NCBI GenBank assembly: GCA_035518095.1 | Contig: DATIXX010000035.1 | Span: 30,430-94,429, forward strand | DNA length: 64,000 bases | Source of the DNA: Burkholderiales bacterium | GTDB taxonomy: Bacteria > Pseudomonadota > Gammaproteobacteria > Burkholderiales > JAHFRG01 | Direction: 5' to 3' | Part shown: piece by piece, positions 9,281 to 18,112 of the stretch | How positions within the stretch are numbered: position 1 is the first letter of the stretch | Layout: every line of letters begins with the position of its first letter | Notes under the pieces: model-generated | What the model was told of the DNA's origin: nothing | Seen by the model: only the letters and a program-made list of their open reading frames with translations | Database searches by the model: none | Translations under genes and position numbers: made by a program

Positions 9281-11007
9281 TATGTCTTTCCTTCAAGCGG
9301 CAAGCTCGCTGTTACGCGGAAACCCATATCCGGAGCGCTGTCGATTCTAAAGCTGCCGTTTAACGCTTGCACCCGTTCCCGCATCCCGAGCAATCCGAAA
9401 TGACCCTCCGATGTCGCTTCCGCAGGAGTGCCTTTGCCATCATCGCATATTTCGAGTTGCAGTACGTCGCCGGCACCTTTTTCGGCCGGCCGGCGCGTTA
9501 TTGCAATTTTCACGTTGCCGGCCCGCGCGTGACGCACCACATTGGTCAAACATTCTTGGACGATGCGGTACACGGTAATAGTTATGGTTTCGCCGAGGTT
9601 ATCCAGACTTCCCGAGACCTCGAGTTGGAATTTCAGTTCGGGATGACGCAACCTCCAGGCCGCAATGCTGTCGTGCAACGTTTCGGAAAGACCCAGGTTG
9701 TCCAGCGCGCTCGGGCGCAGGCGGCTTATGATTCCATGCATCGCACCATAAATAAGTGCGGCAACACTGACGATGGTCCGCGCGCTGCTCCGCACTTCGG
9801 GTGTGCTTTCAGCGCGGTTGGCAATCGACGCGCCTATGGTTTTGATGGCGGTGACATACTGTCCAAGTTCGTCGTGTAGCTCACGCGCAAGGCTGCGCCT
9901 TTCCTCCTCGACACGGGCCTGAATAATTTGTGTCAACCTTCGATTTTCCTCAAGTTCGCGCGCGGCCTGCTGGGCGCGCTTTCTTTCGGTGTTGTCGCGC
10001 ATGCTGCATATTTCGCCGATCACATATTCATTGCGTGGATCAATCAGCGGCGCGGCGGATAGGGACACGTCCATAAGCTTGCCGTCTTTGGCAAGCCTCT
10101 GCGTCTCGACGTTCTCGATCAGACCGCGGCGCATGACTATCTCCAGATTCTCCTTGATTTCGTTTTCTCTGCCGGGGGGCGCAAGTAGGGTCGCGGAACG
10201 ACCCGTGATTTCGTCAGCAGTGTAGCCAAACAGGCGTTCCGCCGCAGGATTCCAGAACGATATATTGCCGTTAAGATCGTGAATCATTATGGCGTCACTC
10301 GATTGCTTGACAGTCAAGGCGAGTCTTCGATTCTCCACCATGCTGTCTTGTAACGCGCTTGCCATACGATTGAAAGTATGGCTGACCGAGGACAGTTCGG
10401 GCAGTGGAAACTGCGGCAGTCGCACGTCAAAATTGCCCTGTTCCATTTGCGACAATCCATCGAGAACCCGGTTCAGCGGACGCAGTGAGCGCCCTATCAG
10501 CCAGAACACCAGGACATTCACCGCTACAAAAAATGCCAGGACGATCCATATAAGGTAGCGCAAATCGTCCCATGCATCGAGCACCGAACGCGAAGCGTCG
10601 GGAGTAATTAGCAGCGTGCCTCCGGGTATTCTTAGCGTCACGACCTGGACCTTGGGAGCAACCAGCCGGGAAAACCAACCTGGAGCCCAGCGCCCTTCTT
10701 TGTAATGCGTGGGAGGCGATTCGTAGACCAGGTTTCCAAGACCGTCGTAAAGCTTGATGTCGTTGGCGCGCACGTGCCCCAGACTATTTAGGAAATCGAT
10801 AACGACTCGCCGCTGTGTCACCGGTCCCGGAAAAAACTGGCTGCTGTAGAGCACGGTGGTCAGTAATTGCACCGCGACGCGGGTGGTCCCTTCTATTTCT
10901 TCCTTCACCGACTTGCGCGTGTCATCCACGTATATGGTGCCCGTGACCGTCACGAACAACAGCATCAGAATGCTGATCAGAAGGTTGATCCGAAACCTCA
11001 GGCTCAT
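9280..11007 (-). CDS. sensor histidine kinase (HAMP-PAS-HisKA_3-HATPase, NarX-like class)
   Basis: I trimmed the ORF-track N-terminus to MSLRFRINLL..., the ATG at 11007, which forms an ATGA overlap with the pip stop. Has a TM/HAMP region, a PAS domain, the H-box ELHDELGQ and an HATPase domain. Confidence 0.85.
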   Translation of the reverse strand: MSLRFRINLLISILMLLFVTVTGTIYVDDTRKSVKEEIEGTTRVAVQLLTTVLYSSQFFPGPVTQRRVVIDFLNSLGHVRANDIKLYDGLGNLVYESPPTHYKEGRWAPGWFSRLVAPKVQVVTLRIPGGTLLITPDASRSVLDAWDDLRYLIWIVLAFFVAVNVLVFWLIGRSLRPLNRVLDGLSQMEQGNFDVRLPQFPLPELSSVSHTFNRMASALQDSMVENRRLALTVKQSSDAIMIHDLNGNISFWNPAAERLFGYTADEITGRSATLLAPPGRENEIKENLEIVMRRGLIENVETQRLAKDGKLMDVSLSAAPLIDPRNEYVIGEICSMRDNTERKRAQQAARELEENRRLTQIIQARVEEERRSLARELHDELGQYVTAIKTIGASIANRAESTPEVRSSARTIVSVAALIYGAMHGIISRLRPSALDNLGLSETLHDSIAAWRLRHPELKFQLEVSGSLDNLGETITITVYRIVQECLTNVVRHARAGNVKIAITRRPAEKGAGDVLQLEICDDGKGTPAEATSEGHFGLLGMRERVQALNGSFRIDSAPDMGFRVTASLPLEGKT

Positions 11008-11969
11008 CGCGGGCGCTCCCCCGGCACTATCGATCTGAAACGCTCGGTCGCGGCCACCAGTGCTGAGGCCAGTGCCGGCGTGGATGCTGAATGGCCGGCA
11101 TTCTCCACTATGGTAAACCGCGCTTGCGGCCAGGCGCGATGCAAAGTATACGCGGTGCCCACTGGGCACACCATGTCGAAACGGCCGTGCACAATTTCGG
11201 CCGGAATAGCGCGGATCGCAGCCAAACCCTGTAACAACTGATTCTCGGAAAGAAAACATCCATTAACCAGATAATGCGTCTGTACCCGGGCGCGCCCCAG
11301 GACGTCATTGTCATTGAGCGCGGGCTTCGCCTCTTGTTGTAGCTCACCCAGCCTCATCAACTCGCTCTCGTACGCATTCCAAGCAAGCGCGGCGGCAAGC
11401 GCCAAGCGAGTGTCCGGCTGATGTATGGCCCGGTAATAAAAACCGAGCAGGTCATTGCGCTGCGTCCCGGGCACGAACCCCGAAAACCGATCCCAGGCTT
11501 CCGGGGCGAAGAATTTCAGGCCATCACAATACCAGTCGAGTTCACGCTTACTTGCGAGAAAAATCCCGCGCAGGATCAAACCGGCCACCGCTTGCGGGTG
11601 CTGCTCGGCGTATGCAAGCGCGAGCGTAGAGCCCCACGAACCGCCGAATAGCAGCCAGCGCTCGATCTCGAGCACGGCGCGCAGTCTCTCGATATCTGCG
11701 ATCAGTGAGGACGTGCTGTTCTCGCGCAGCTCTGCAACCGGCACGCTCCGCCCACAGCCGCGTTGGTCGAACAAAACGATGCGGTAGTGTTGCGGGTTAA
11801 AGAAACGCCGCTGTCCCGGGTTGCAGCCGCTGCCCGGGCCGCCGTGCAAAAACAGCACCGGCTTGCCCGCGGTACTGCCGCATTCTTCGTAATAAACTCT
11901 GTGTCCTCCAGTTACATCGAGCATGCCTACGGCGTACGGCTCAATTTCAGGGAAAAGCGCATGGTTCAT
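11004..11969 (-). CDS. pip: prolyl aminopeptidase (proline iminopeptidase, S33 alpha/beta hydrolase)
   Basis: Starts MNHALFPEIEPY... at 11969, in an ATGA overlap with the upstream MBL stop. Has HGGPGSG and the GGSWGS nucleophile elbow. Confidence 0.85.
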   Translation of the reverse strand: MNHALFPEIEPYAVGMLDVTGGHRVYYEECGSTAGKPVLFLHGGPGSGCNPGQRRFFNPQHYRIVLFDQRGCGRSVPVAELRENSTSSLIADIERLRAVLEIERWLLFGGSWGSTLALAYAEQHPQAVAGLILRGIFLASKRELDWYCDGLKFFAPEAWDRFSGFVPGTQRNDLLGFYYRAIHQPDTRLALAAALAWNAYESELMRLGELQQEAKPALNDNDVLGRARVQTHYLVNGCFLSENQLLQGLAAIRAIPAEIVHGRFDMVCPVGTAYTLHRAWPQARFTIVENAGHSASTPALASALVAATERFRSIVPGERPR

Positions 11970-12925
11970 TTTTCGAACTCTTGCCTTTCCAACTCGCTGT
12001 ACACATGCTGCACGTTCAAAGGATGCTGCTCGGAATAAAGTGCCCAATTTCTATAAGCCGGCAGATCGTCTTGCTTCAACAGGTCGAGGACACCAACGCC
12101 AGCATTGTATTGGCGCTCTACCAGAGCAAGCAGGCGTTGCAAATAATCCAGCGTTTCCCGCATACGTTCCGGATTGGAAACCGGACCGTTGCCCGGAACC
12201 AGCTTTTTTGCCGGCTGCTGCTGCAATTGCTCGAGCGCACTAATCCAGCCTTTGATCCTGGCTTGCTGCAACACCGGTATGCAATCCAATGATACCAACC
12301 CGCCGCTGAACAACACGCCGCTTCTGCGGTCAAGTACCGCGAGATCCCCTTCCGTATGTCCCCAACCATAGTAGAGCAGGCTTAATGGGCGCCCCGCGAT
12401 AGTCAAGTCGCTGCTCTTATCCACCGTCCTATCGGGGTATGCGATTTTGGTGCCGGCCATGATTGTGTCGCCCAACACGTTTGACATATTTTCGTAGCAC
12501 TTCTCACAGCGATTGCGCATCGCCAGCAGCGTTTGACTTTGCGCAAGAATAGTTACGCCGCGCCGAGCGAAAAAATCGTTACCCAGAACATTCTCCGGAT
12601 GGGGGTGGGTGTCAATCACCAGCCGCACCGGTTTAGGGCTAATTTTCCGTATCGCCGCCATCATGAGTTTGGCGTGCGCATAATTCGGACCGGGGTCGAT
12701 TACGATTACACCGGTCGCGCCGACGATAAATCCGCTGTTCAAAATGTTCCCGCGGTTTGCCGGGGCTAGAGCTTCGCATTTGCCTATGAAAGCATAAACG
12801 TCCGGGGTGACCTGCTGCGGCACCAGCTCGCGCCCGTGCGCAGCCGGAAACAGGCCGAAGCCGAGCAACAAGGGGTAGATTACGACGCGGTTTATTTCTC
12901 GCTCAGTCGTTGAGCTTGAAAACAA
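11966..12925 (-). CDS. MBL-fold metallohydrolase, secreted (possibly the quinoprotein-relay-system zinc hydrolase type)
   Basis: 319 aa with a signal-like N-terminus. The metal motif is DTHPHPEN (an HxHxD/E variant), with a later GHTEGD. The family name is recalled from memory and needs an HMM check. Confidence 0.65.
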   Translation of the reverse strand: MFSSSTTEREINRVVIYPLLLGFGLFPAAHGRELVPQQVTPDVYAFIGKCEALAPANRGNILNSGFIVGATGVIVIDPGPNYAHAKLMMAAIRKISPKPVRLVIDTHPHPENVLGNDFFARRGVTILAQSQTLLAMRNRCEKCYENMSNVLGDTIMAGTKIAYPDRTVDKSSDLTIAGRPLSLLYYGWGHTEGDLAVLDRRSGVLFSGGLVSLDCIPVLQQARIKGWISALEQLQQQPAKKLVPGNGPVSNPERMRETLDYLQRLLALVERQYNAGVGVLDLLKQDDLPAYRNWALYSEQHPLNVQHVYSELERQEFEK

Positions 12926-13634
12926 TCGGCACCACTACAGTAAATTTGCGATCTCGCAAGGCTTCCGGGGGCAACGGCAAGGGCGCCGCCTGCTGTACCA
13001 TGTCCAGCGCTTGATTGTCGAGCACTTCATACCCGCTCGAGCGCAGGATGGTGGCATCGTCCATTTTGCCGTTTGCTGAAATGACCAGCTGAACTTGCGC
13101 GGTGCCTTGCCAGCCGCGTAACTGCGCAATAAACGGATAGCGTTGATATTTGGAGATTAAACTCGAAAGTTCCTTTCCGTAGCTGTCAAGCAATGATCTT
13201 TCCGGAACGGCTTTCGCCAAGGCCACGGGCGCGGGTGCGGTAGGTACCGGTGCGGGCGGAGCAGTTTCAGCAGGTGCGGTTGTCTGCGGCGGGGCTACGG
13301 GAGGGGTTTCAGCAGGTATCTTCTTCGGGCGTGGTGCGGCATTGGCTTCAATTCTCGGTCGTTGCGGAAGCTTGAATGCGCTCGGTGCGCGCTCAGTTAT
13401 TATCGGAGCCGGCGTGAGTTTGGGCTGAGGTTTGGCGGGTGGTGCAACAGGGGCAGGCTGTGGGCGCACAAATTGCGGCAACTGAACGCTCAGGACCGGT
13501 TGCGGTTGCAAACGATTGGTACGCCATGCTGGAACGAGAGAAAGCACCGTCGCATGGATTAGCATCGAAAGCACCAGGGCCGTAACGACCCTGCGCTGGT
13601 TGTACCATTCGATACGAAACTGGGCGTTAACCAC
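12903..13634 (-). CDS. TonB-family energy transducer
   Basis: 243 aa. An N-terminal TM anchor is followed by a long Pro-rich spacer (PQPAPVAPPAKPQPK...) and a TonB_C-like end (YPFIAQLRGWQGTAQVQLVI...VVVPIVFKL). Confidence 0.7.
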   Translation of the reverse strand: MVNAQFRIEWYNQRRVVTALVLSMLIHATVLSLVPAWRTNRLQPQPVLSVQLPQFVRPQPAPVAPPAKPQPKLTPAPIITERAPSAFKLPQRPRIEANAAPRPKKIPAETPPVAPPQTTAPAETAPPAPVPTAPAPVALAKAVPERSLLDSYGKELSSLISKYQRYPFIAQLRGWQGTAQVQLVISANGKMDDATILRSSGYEVLDNQALDMVQQAAPLPLPPEALRDRKFTVVVPIVFKLND

Positions 13635-13880
13635 GGGACAATTCAGAGGTAAAAAAACCTTAATTAAAGGTTAATGGAAACCGCAGCGTTATGCAATTGA
13701 TGCATTTCAAACTCATGATAATCATGATCCGGGTTTGCTGATTATTCCGATGTTAGACAATCAGCTCGAGTTCACAATGGTAGCAAGGTTTTCAGACGGT
13801 ATTTGTTTAAACATCAGTCTGGAATCGTGTCAGGTTAAAGTACCTGGAAACAGTAGAGCTACTAATTAAAGGAGACTGTC

Positions 13881-13955
13881 ATGCAATGGAGCAAACCAGA
13901 GTATAGCGATATGCGCTTCGGCTTCGAAGTAACGATGTATATTGCAAATCGCTAA
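13881..13955 (+). CDS. pqqA: PQQ precursor peptide PqqA
   Basis: 24 codons, below the ORF-track cutoff. Translation is [31 protein letters not shown] lies 6 nt upstream. It sits directly upstream of pqqBCDE. Confidence 0.95.
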   Translation: MQWSKPEYSDMRFGFEVTMYIANR

Positions 13956-13965
13956 TCATGCTACA

Positions 13966-13992
13966 CCGGGGGCCGCGGCGACGCGGCCCCGG
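13966..13992 (+). terminator. pqqA-pqqB intergenic GC-rich stem-loop (partial terminator/attenuator)
   Basis: CCGGGGCCGCG-GCGA-CGCGGCCCCGG is an 11-bp stem followed by only TTT. This position is typical for setting a high pqqA:pqqB transcript ratio. Confidence 0.55.
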
Positions 13993-14092
13993 TTTAAGGT
14001 CAAGAGTCCTACAGCGTTTTCCAATCAGATAAAGTAACATGAGCGGGTGCGCTGCAGGCGCGTGCGGCGGGATTGGTTTAGAGTGATAAAAC

Positions 14093-15007
14093 ATGAAAAT
14101 TCGTGTTCTTGGAGCATCGGCCGGCGGCGGATTTCCGCAGTGGAACTGCAACTGCGCTAACTGTGACGGCGTGCGCAAGGGCAAAATCAAGGCCAAGCCG
14201 CGCACCCAGTCCTCGATTGCAGTCAGCGAAAACAACCTGGACTGGATACTATTCAATGCCTCACCGGACGTTCTGACTCAAATCAAAGCATTTCCCGCGT
14301 TGCAACCGGCACGCTCAATTCGCGATACCGCAATTCGATCCATCCTCCTGATCGACAGTCAGATCGATCACACCACGGGCTTGCTAATGCTGCGGGAAGG
14401 GAAACCGCTGGAGATTTACTGCACCGAAATGGCGCGCGAAGACCTTACAACCGGGAACCCTCTGTTCAATATTCTTGAGCACTATTGCACCGCTAATTGG
14501 CACAAATTGCCCACCCAAAACGGAAATAGATTTACGGTTATTGGAGCACAGCGCTTAGGCTTCACCGCGGTACCGCTGAAGAGCAAGGCGCCGCCGTATT
14601 CGCCCCATCGCGAGAATCCTCATGAAGGCGACAATATCGGCATCCGCGTCGAGGACCCAGGCACGGGCAGGAACCTGTTTTACGCTCCGGGCCTCGGCAA
14701 AATTGAGCCGCATCTCGAAGCGTTTCTTAAAAACGCCGACTGCCTACTGGTCGACGGCACCTGCTGGACCGACGACGAACTGATCCGCCTCGGCATCTCA
14801 AAACAGAGTTCGCGCGATATGGGGCATCTGCCGCAAAGCGGCGAAGGCGGCATGATCGAACTGCTGAAAGCACTGAGCAAACCGCGCAAGATTTTGATCC
14901 ATATCAACAACACCAATCCCATACTCAACGAAGATTCAAAGGAGCGCGCCGAACTGACCGCCAACGGGATTGAAGTGGCGTATGATGGTATGGAGATCGA
15001 TTTGTGA
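14093..15007 (+). CDS. pqqB: PqqB (MBL-fold PQQ biosynthesis protein)
   Basis: 304 aa. N-terminus is [31 protein letters not shown] lies near the C-terminus. Confidence 0.95.
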   Translation: MKIRVLGASAGGGFPQWNCNCANCDGVRKGKIKAKPRTQSSIAVSENNLDWILFNASPDVLTQIKAFPALQPARSIRDTAIRSILLIDSQIDHTTGLLMLREGKPLEIYCTEMAREDLTTGNPLFNILEHYCTANWHKLPTQNGNRFTVIGAQRLGFTAVPLKSKAPPYSPHRENPHEGDNIGIRVEDPGTGRNLFYAPGLGKIEPHLEAFLKNADCLLVDGTCWTDDELIRLGISKQSSRDMGHLPQSGEGGMIELLKALSKPRKILIHINNTNPILNEDSKERAELTANGIEVAYDGMEIDL

Positions 15008-15023
15008 AAATCAGGAGTTAACG

Positions 15024-15740
15024 ATGGGCGTAACTGAAAAATTACCGTGGAGTAAAGAGGAATTTGAGCACCAGCTGCGAGCCAAAGGCGACCGCTACCA
15101 CATTAATCACCCCTACCACTTGGCGATGAACAGCGGCAAGCTGAATAGAGAGCAAATCCAGGGTTGGGTATACAACCGTTTTTATTATCAAATCAGCATC
15201 CCGATCAAGGACGCCGCGATTCTCTCCAATTGCCCGGACCGCGAAGTACGCCGCGAATGGATCCAGCGCATCATCGACCACGACGGCACAAAAGGCGACG
15301 AAGGCGGCATTGAGGCGTGGATTCGTCTCGGCGAGGCGGTGGGTTTGAAGCGGCAGGAAATTACTTCATTAAAGCATGTTTTGCCGGGCGTGCGCTTCGC
15401 GGTCGACGCCTATGTCAACTTTGCCCGGTCCCGCCCGTGGCAGGAGGCGGTGACGTCATCGCTCACCGAACTTTTTGCCCCGGAAATCCACAAGAAACGG
15501 CTCGACAACTGGCCGCAGCATTATCCGTGGATCGACCTGGAGGGCTATCAGTATTTCCGCAACCGCCTGGCCCAGGCGCGCCGCGACGTTCAGTTCGCCC
15601 TAAGCTTCACGCTTGGTCAGTACACGACGCGGGAGCAGCAAGAGCGGGCCCTGGAAATCCTGCAATTCAAGCTGGATGTGCTTTGGTCAATGCTGGACGC
15701 GATGCAGATAAACTATTGCGAGGGCGGACTTAAACCATGA
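15024..15740 (+). CDS. pqqC: PqqC (pyrroloquinoline-quinone synthase)
   Basis: The start was moved to the ATG at 15024, which follows AGGAG. The sequence [32 protein letters not shown]... is typical of PqqC. Confidence 0.93.
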   Translation: MGVTEKLPWSKEEFEHQLRAKGDRYHINHPYHLAMNSGKLNREQIQGWVYNRFYYQISIPIKDAAILSNCPDREVRREWIQRIIDHDGTKGDEGGIEAWIRLGEAVGLKRQEITSLKHVLPGVRFAVDAYVNFARSRPWQEAVTSSLTELFAPEIHKKRLDNWPQHYPWIDLEGYQYFRNRLAQARRDVQFALSFTLGQYTTREQQERALEILQFKLDVLWSMLDAMQINYCEGGLKP

Positions 15741-16030
15741 CTGGAGCAACGTCGCTCGGTCTGGATGATGTGATGGAACTCGGCCGACAGTTTCGTTTGC
15801 AATGGGAACAGGCGCAGCAGGCTTACGTACTGCTCTACCCGGAAGGCATGATCAAGTTGTCGCAGAGCGCAGGTGAAATATTGAAACGCATCGATGGAAA
15901 ACTCTCGGTTGCCGGAATTGTCAAAAATCTGGAAGGAGCATTTCCCAATGCGAACTTGCATCAAGATGTAATAAATTTTCTAGAGGTCGCTTATGAACGC
16001 GGTTGGATCCACCCCAAGCAAGCAAGCTAA
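15737..16030 (+). CDS. pqqD: PqqD (peptide chaperone for PqqE)
   Basis: 97 aa, in an ATGA overlap with pqqC. Contains [31 protein letters not shown]. Confidence 0.9.
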   Translation: MTGATSLGLDDVMELGRQFRLQWEQAQQAYVLLYPEGMIKLSQSAGEILKRIDGKLSVAGIVKNLEGAFPNANLHQDVINFLEVAYERGWIHPKQAS

Positions 16031-17162
16031 ACCGGTCAGCAATCCGCTGTGGCTGCTTGCCGAAATCACTTACAAGTGCCCGCTGCACTGTGTGTTTTGC
16101 TACAACCCGGTGGACTACACGCGCTATGGACAGGAGTTATCCACCGACGATTGGTTGCGCGTGCTGCGTCAATCGCGCGAGCTGGGCGCAACGCAACTCG
16201 GTTTTTCAGGGGGCGAGCCGCTGGGGCGGGATGATCTTGAGATCATGGTCGCCGAGGCGCACAAGCTGGGTTATTACTCCAATCTGATTACCTCCGGCGT
16301 CGGGCTCAACGAAAAGCGCATCGCGGCGTTTAAGGAAGGCGGCCTCGACCATATCCAGCTTTCCTTTCAGGATTCCACCCGCGAGCTCAATGACTTCCTG
16401 ACAAGTACTCGGACCTTCGAACTCAAGTCGAAGACCGCGGGGCTTATCAAGAAATACCAGTACCCGATGGTGCTCAATGTAGTACTGCACCGGCTCAACA
16501 TCGACCACGTCCAGCAAATCCTGGAAATGGCTGAATCGATGGAGGCGGAGTATGTCGAACTCGCCAACACCCAGTATTACGGCTGGGCGTATGTGAACCG
16601 CGACCAGCTTTTGCCCAGCAAAGAGCAGCTGCAGCGCGCTGAAGAGGTCACCAATAAGTTTCGTGAGCGGGTCGGCAAAAAGATGAAGATTTACTTCGTG
16701 GTGCCCGATTATTACGAAACCCGGCCCAAGGCCTGCATGAACGGCTGGGGCTCGGTTTTCATCACGGTGACCGCCGACGGCGTGGTGCTTCCCTGTCACG
16801 AAGCGCGCATGCTCCCGGGGCTCACCTTCCCCAATGTACGCGAACATGACATGAAGTGGATTTGGTACGACTCGCCAGGCTTTAACACCTTCCGCGGTGA
16901 TGAATGGATGAAAGAGCCGTGCCGCTCTTGCCCGGAAAAAGTGAAGGATTTCGGCGGCTGTCGTTGCCAGGCTTATATGCTCACGGGTGACGCGCGTAAT
17001 GCGGACCCGGTTTGCGATCTATCGCCCCACCACCACCTGATTGCCGAAGCTGTCGCCAAAGCACAGCGGGCCAGCATTAAACCGGCAACTACACACCCAA
17101 TACTGTTCCGCGACGACAAAAACTCGCGCGCCTTGAGCGAAAAAGCTGTCGCGCTGCCATGA
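15993..17162 (+). CDS. pqqE: PqqE (radical SAM / SPASM enzyme)
   Basis: 389 aa. Has the CPLHCVFC (CxxxCxxC) radical-SAM motif and C-terminal SPASM cysteines (CRSCPEKVKDFGGCRCQ). Confidence 0.95.
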   Translation: MNAVGSTPSKQAKPVSNPLWLLAEITYKCPLHCVFCYNPVDYTRYGQELSTDDWLRVLRQSRELGATQLGFSGGEPLGRDDLEIMVAEAHKLGYYSNLITSGVGLNEKRIAAFKEGGLDHIQLSFQDSTRELNDFLTSTRTFELKSKTAGLIKKYQYPMVLNVVLHRLNIDHVQQILEMAESMEAEYVELANTQYYGWAYVNRDQLLPSKEQLQRAEEVTNKFRERVGKKMKIYFVVPDYYETRPKACMNGWGSVFITVTADGVVLPCHEARMLPGLTFPNVREHDMKWIWYDSPGFNTFRGDEWMKEPCRSCPEKVKDFGGCRCQAYMLTGDARNADPVCDLSPHHHLIAEAVAKAQRASIKPATTHPILFRDDKNSRALSEKAVALP

Positions 17163-18112
17163 GGCGTGACATCGTTGACGCAGTGCCAGCCGTCCAGGCG
17201 GAGGGCTTGACCAAGCGTTACGGAAGCACCCTTGCGGTAGATGGATTAAACCTCGAAATCCCTGCCGGTCAGTTTTTCGGCCTGTTGGGCCCGAATGGGT
17301 CGGGCAAGACAAGCACCATTCACATGCTCTCCACGCTGATCCGCCCCAGCCAGGGGCGCGCACAGATCGTAGGACATGATGTCAGGCGCGCCGGTTTGCA
17401 GGTGCGCGCTGCGATTGGCGTGGTGTTTCAAGAATCCGCATTGGATCGCACCTTGTCGGCTGCGGAAAACCTGCGTTTTGCAGGGCTGCTGCACAATCTT
17501 CCCGTCGCGCAAATCAGGGAGCGCTCCGGCGAGTTGCTTGAACTCTTCGGTCTCAAGGAAAAACGCAACCAAGCGGTGGGAACCCTCTCCGGAGGCCAAC
17601 GCCGCGCTCTCGATATCGCGCGCGGCGTAATTCACCGCCCGCAAATCCTGTTCCTGGACGAACCCACCATTGGGCTGGACGTTCCCAACCGCCGCAAAAT
17701 ATGGCGCTTTATAGAACGCCTGCGCGCGGAGTTTAACGTGACGGTATTTCTTACCACCCATTACTTGGAAGAAGCCGCGGATTGCGACAAGGTGGCATTT
17801 ATCAAACAGGGGCGCATCGTCAAGATCGGGCCGCCGCATGATCTGATTGACGGGCTGGGAGCCTACATCATTGAGATCGAGAGTGAAAATCTGCGCGCTT
17901 TGGTAGAAAGCCTGACACCGCGCTTGGGCCCGAGCCTCATCGACGGCGACAAGGCTTGTTTCCGCTTTACCGGCAAGGACATCAGCCCGCTAGTCATGCT
18001 GCAAATCGAATTGGGCAACAAGGTGATCAGCATGCGTTGGCGCCGCCCAAACCTGAATGACGTGTTTTTATGGATCAATGAAACTGAATTATGGCAGGTC
18101 AGAAAAACCTAG
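17159..18112 (+). CDS. ABC transporter ATP-binding protein (ABC-2/DrrA-like)
   Basis: 317 aa. Walker A GPNGSGKT, signature LSGGQRR, Walker B ILFLDEPT. Its ATG overlaps the pqqE stop (ATGA at 17159-17162). Confidence 0.9.
   Translation: MRRDIVDAVPAVQAEGLTKRYGSTLAVDGLNLEIPAGQFFGLLGPNGSGKTSTIHMLSTLIRPSQGRAQIVGHDVRRAGLQVRAAIGVVFQESALDRTLSAAENLRFAGLLHNLPVAQIRERSGELLELFGLKEKRNQAVGTLSGGQRRALDIARGVIHRPQILFLDEPTIGLDVPNRRKIWRFIERLRAEFNVTVFLTTHYLEEAADCDKVAFIKQGRIVKIGPPHDLIDGLGAYIIEIESENLRALVESLTPRLGPSLIDGDKACFRFTGKDISPLVMLQIELGNKVISMRWRRPNLNDVFLWINETELWQVRKT

Noticed and set aside
13845-13860. TGGAAA-N..-GAGCT (GG-N10-GC) just upstream of pqqA
   Set aside because: Only the invariant dinucleotides match. 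The implied TSS would fall on the RBS, leaving essentially no leader.
16206-17839. Long antisense ORFs inside pqqE and the ABC ATPase gene (16206..16847, 17246..17839)
   Set aside because: They are shadow ORFs opposite genes with unambiguous motifs (radical SAM, Walker A/B). They have no RBS or domain signal.
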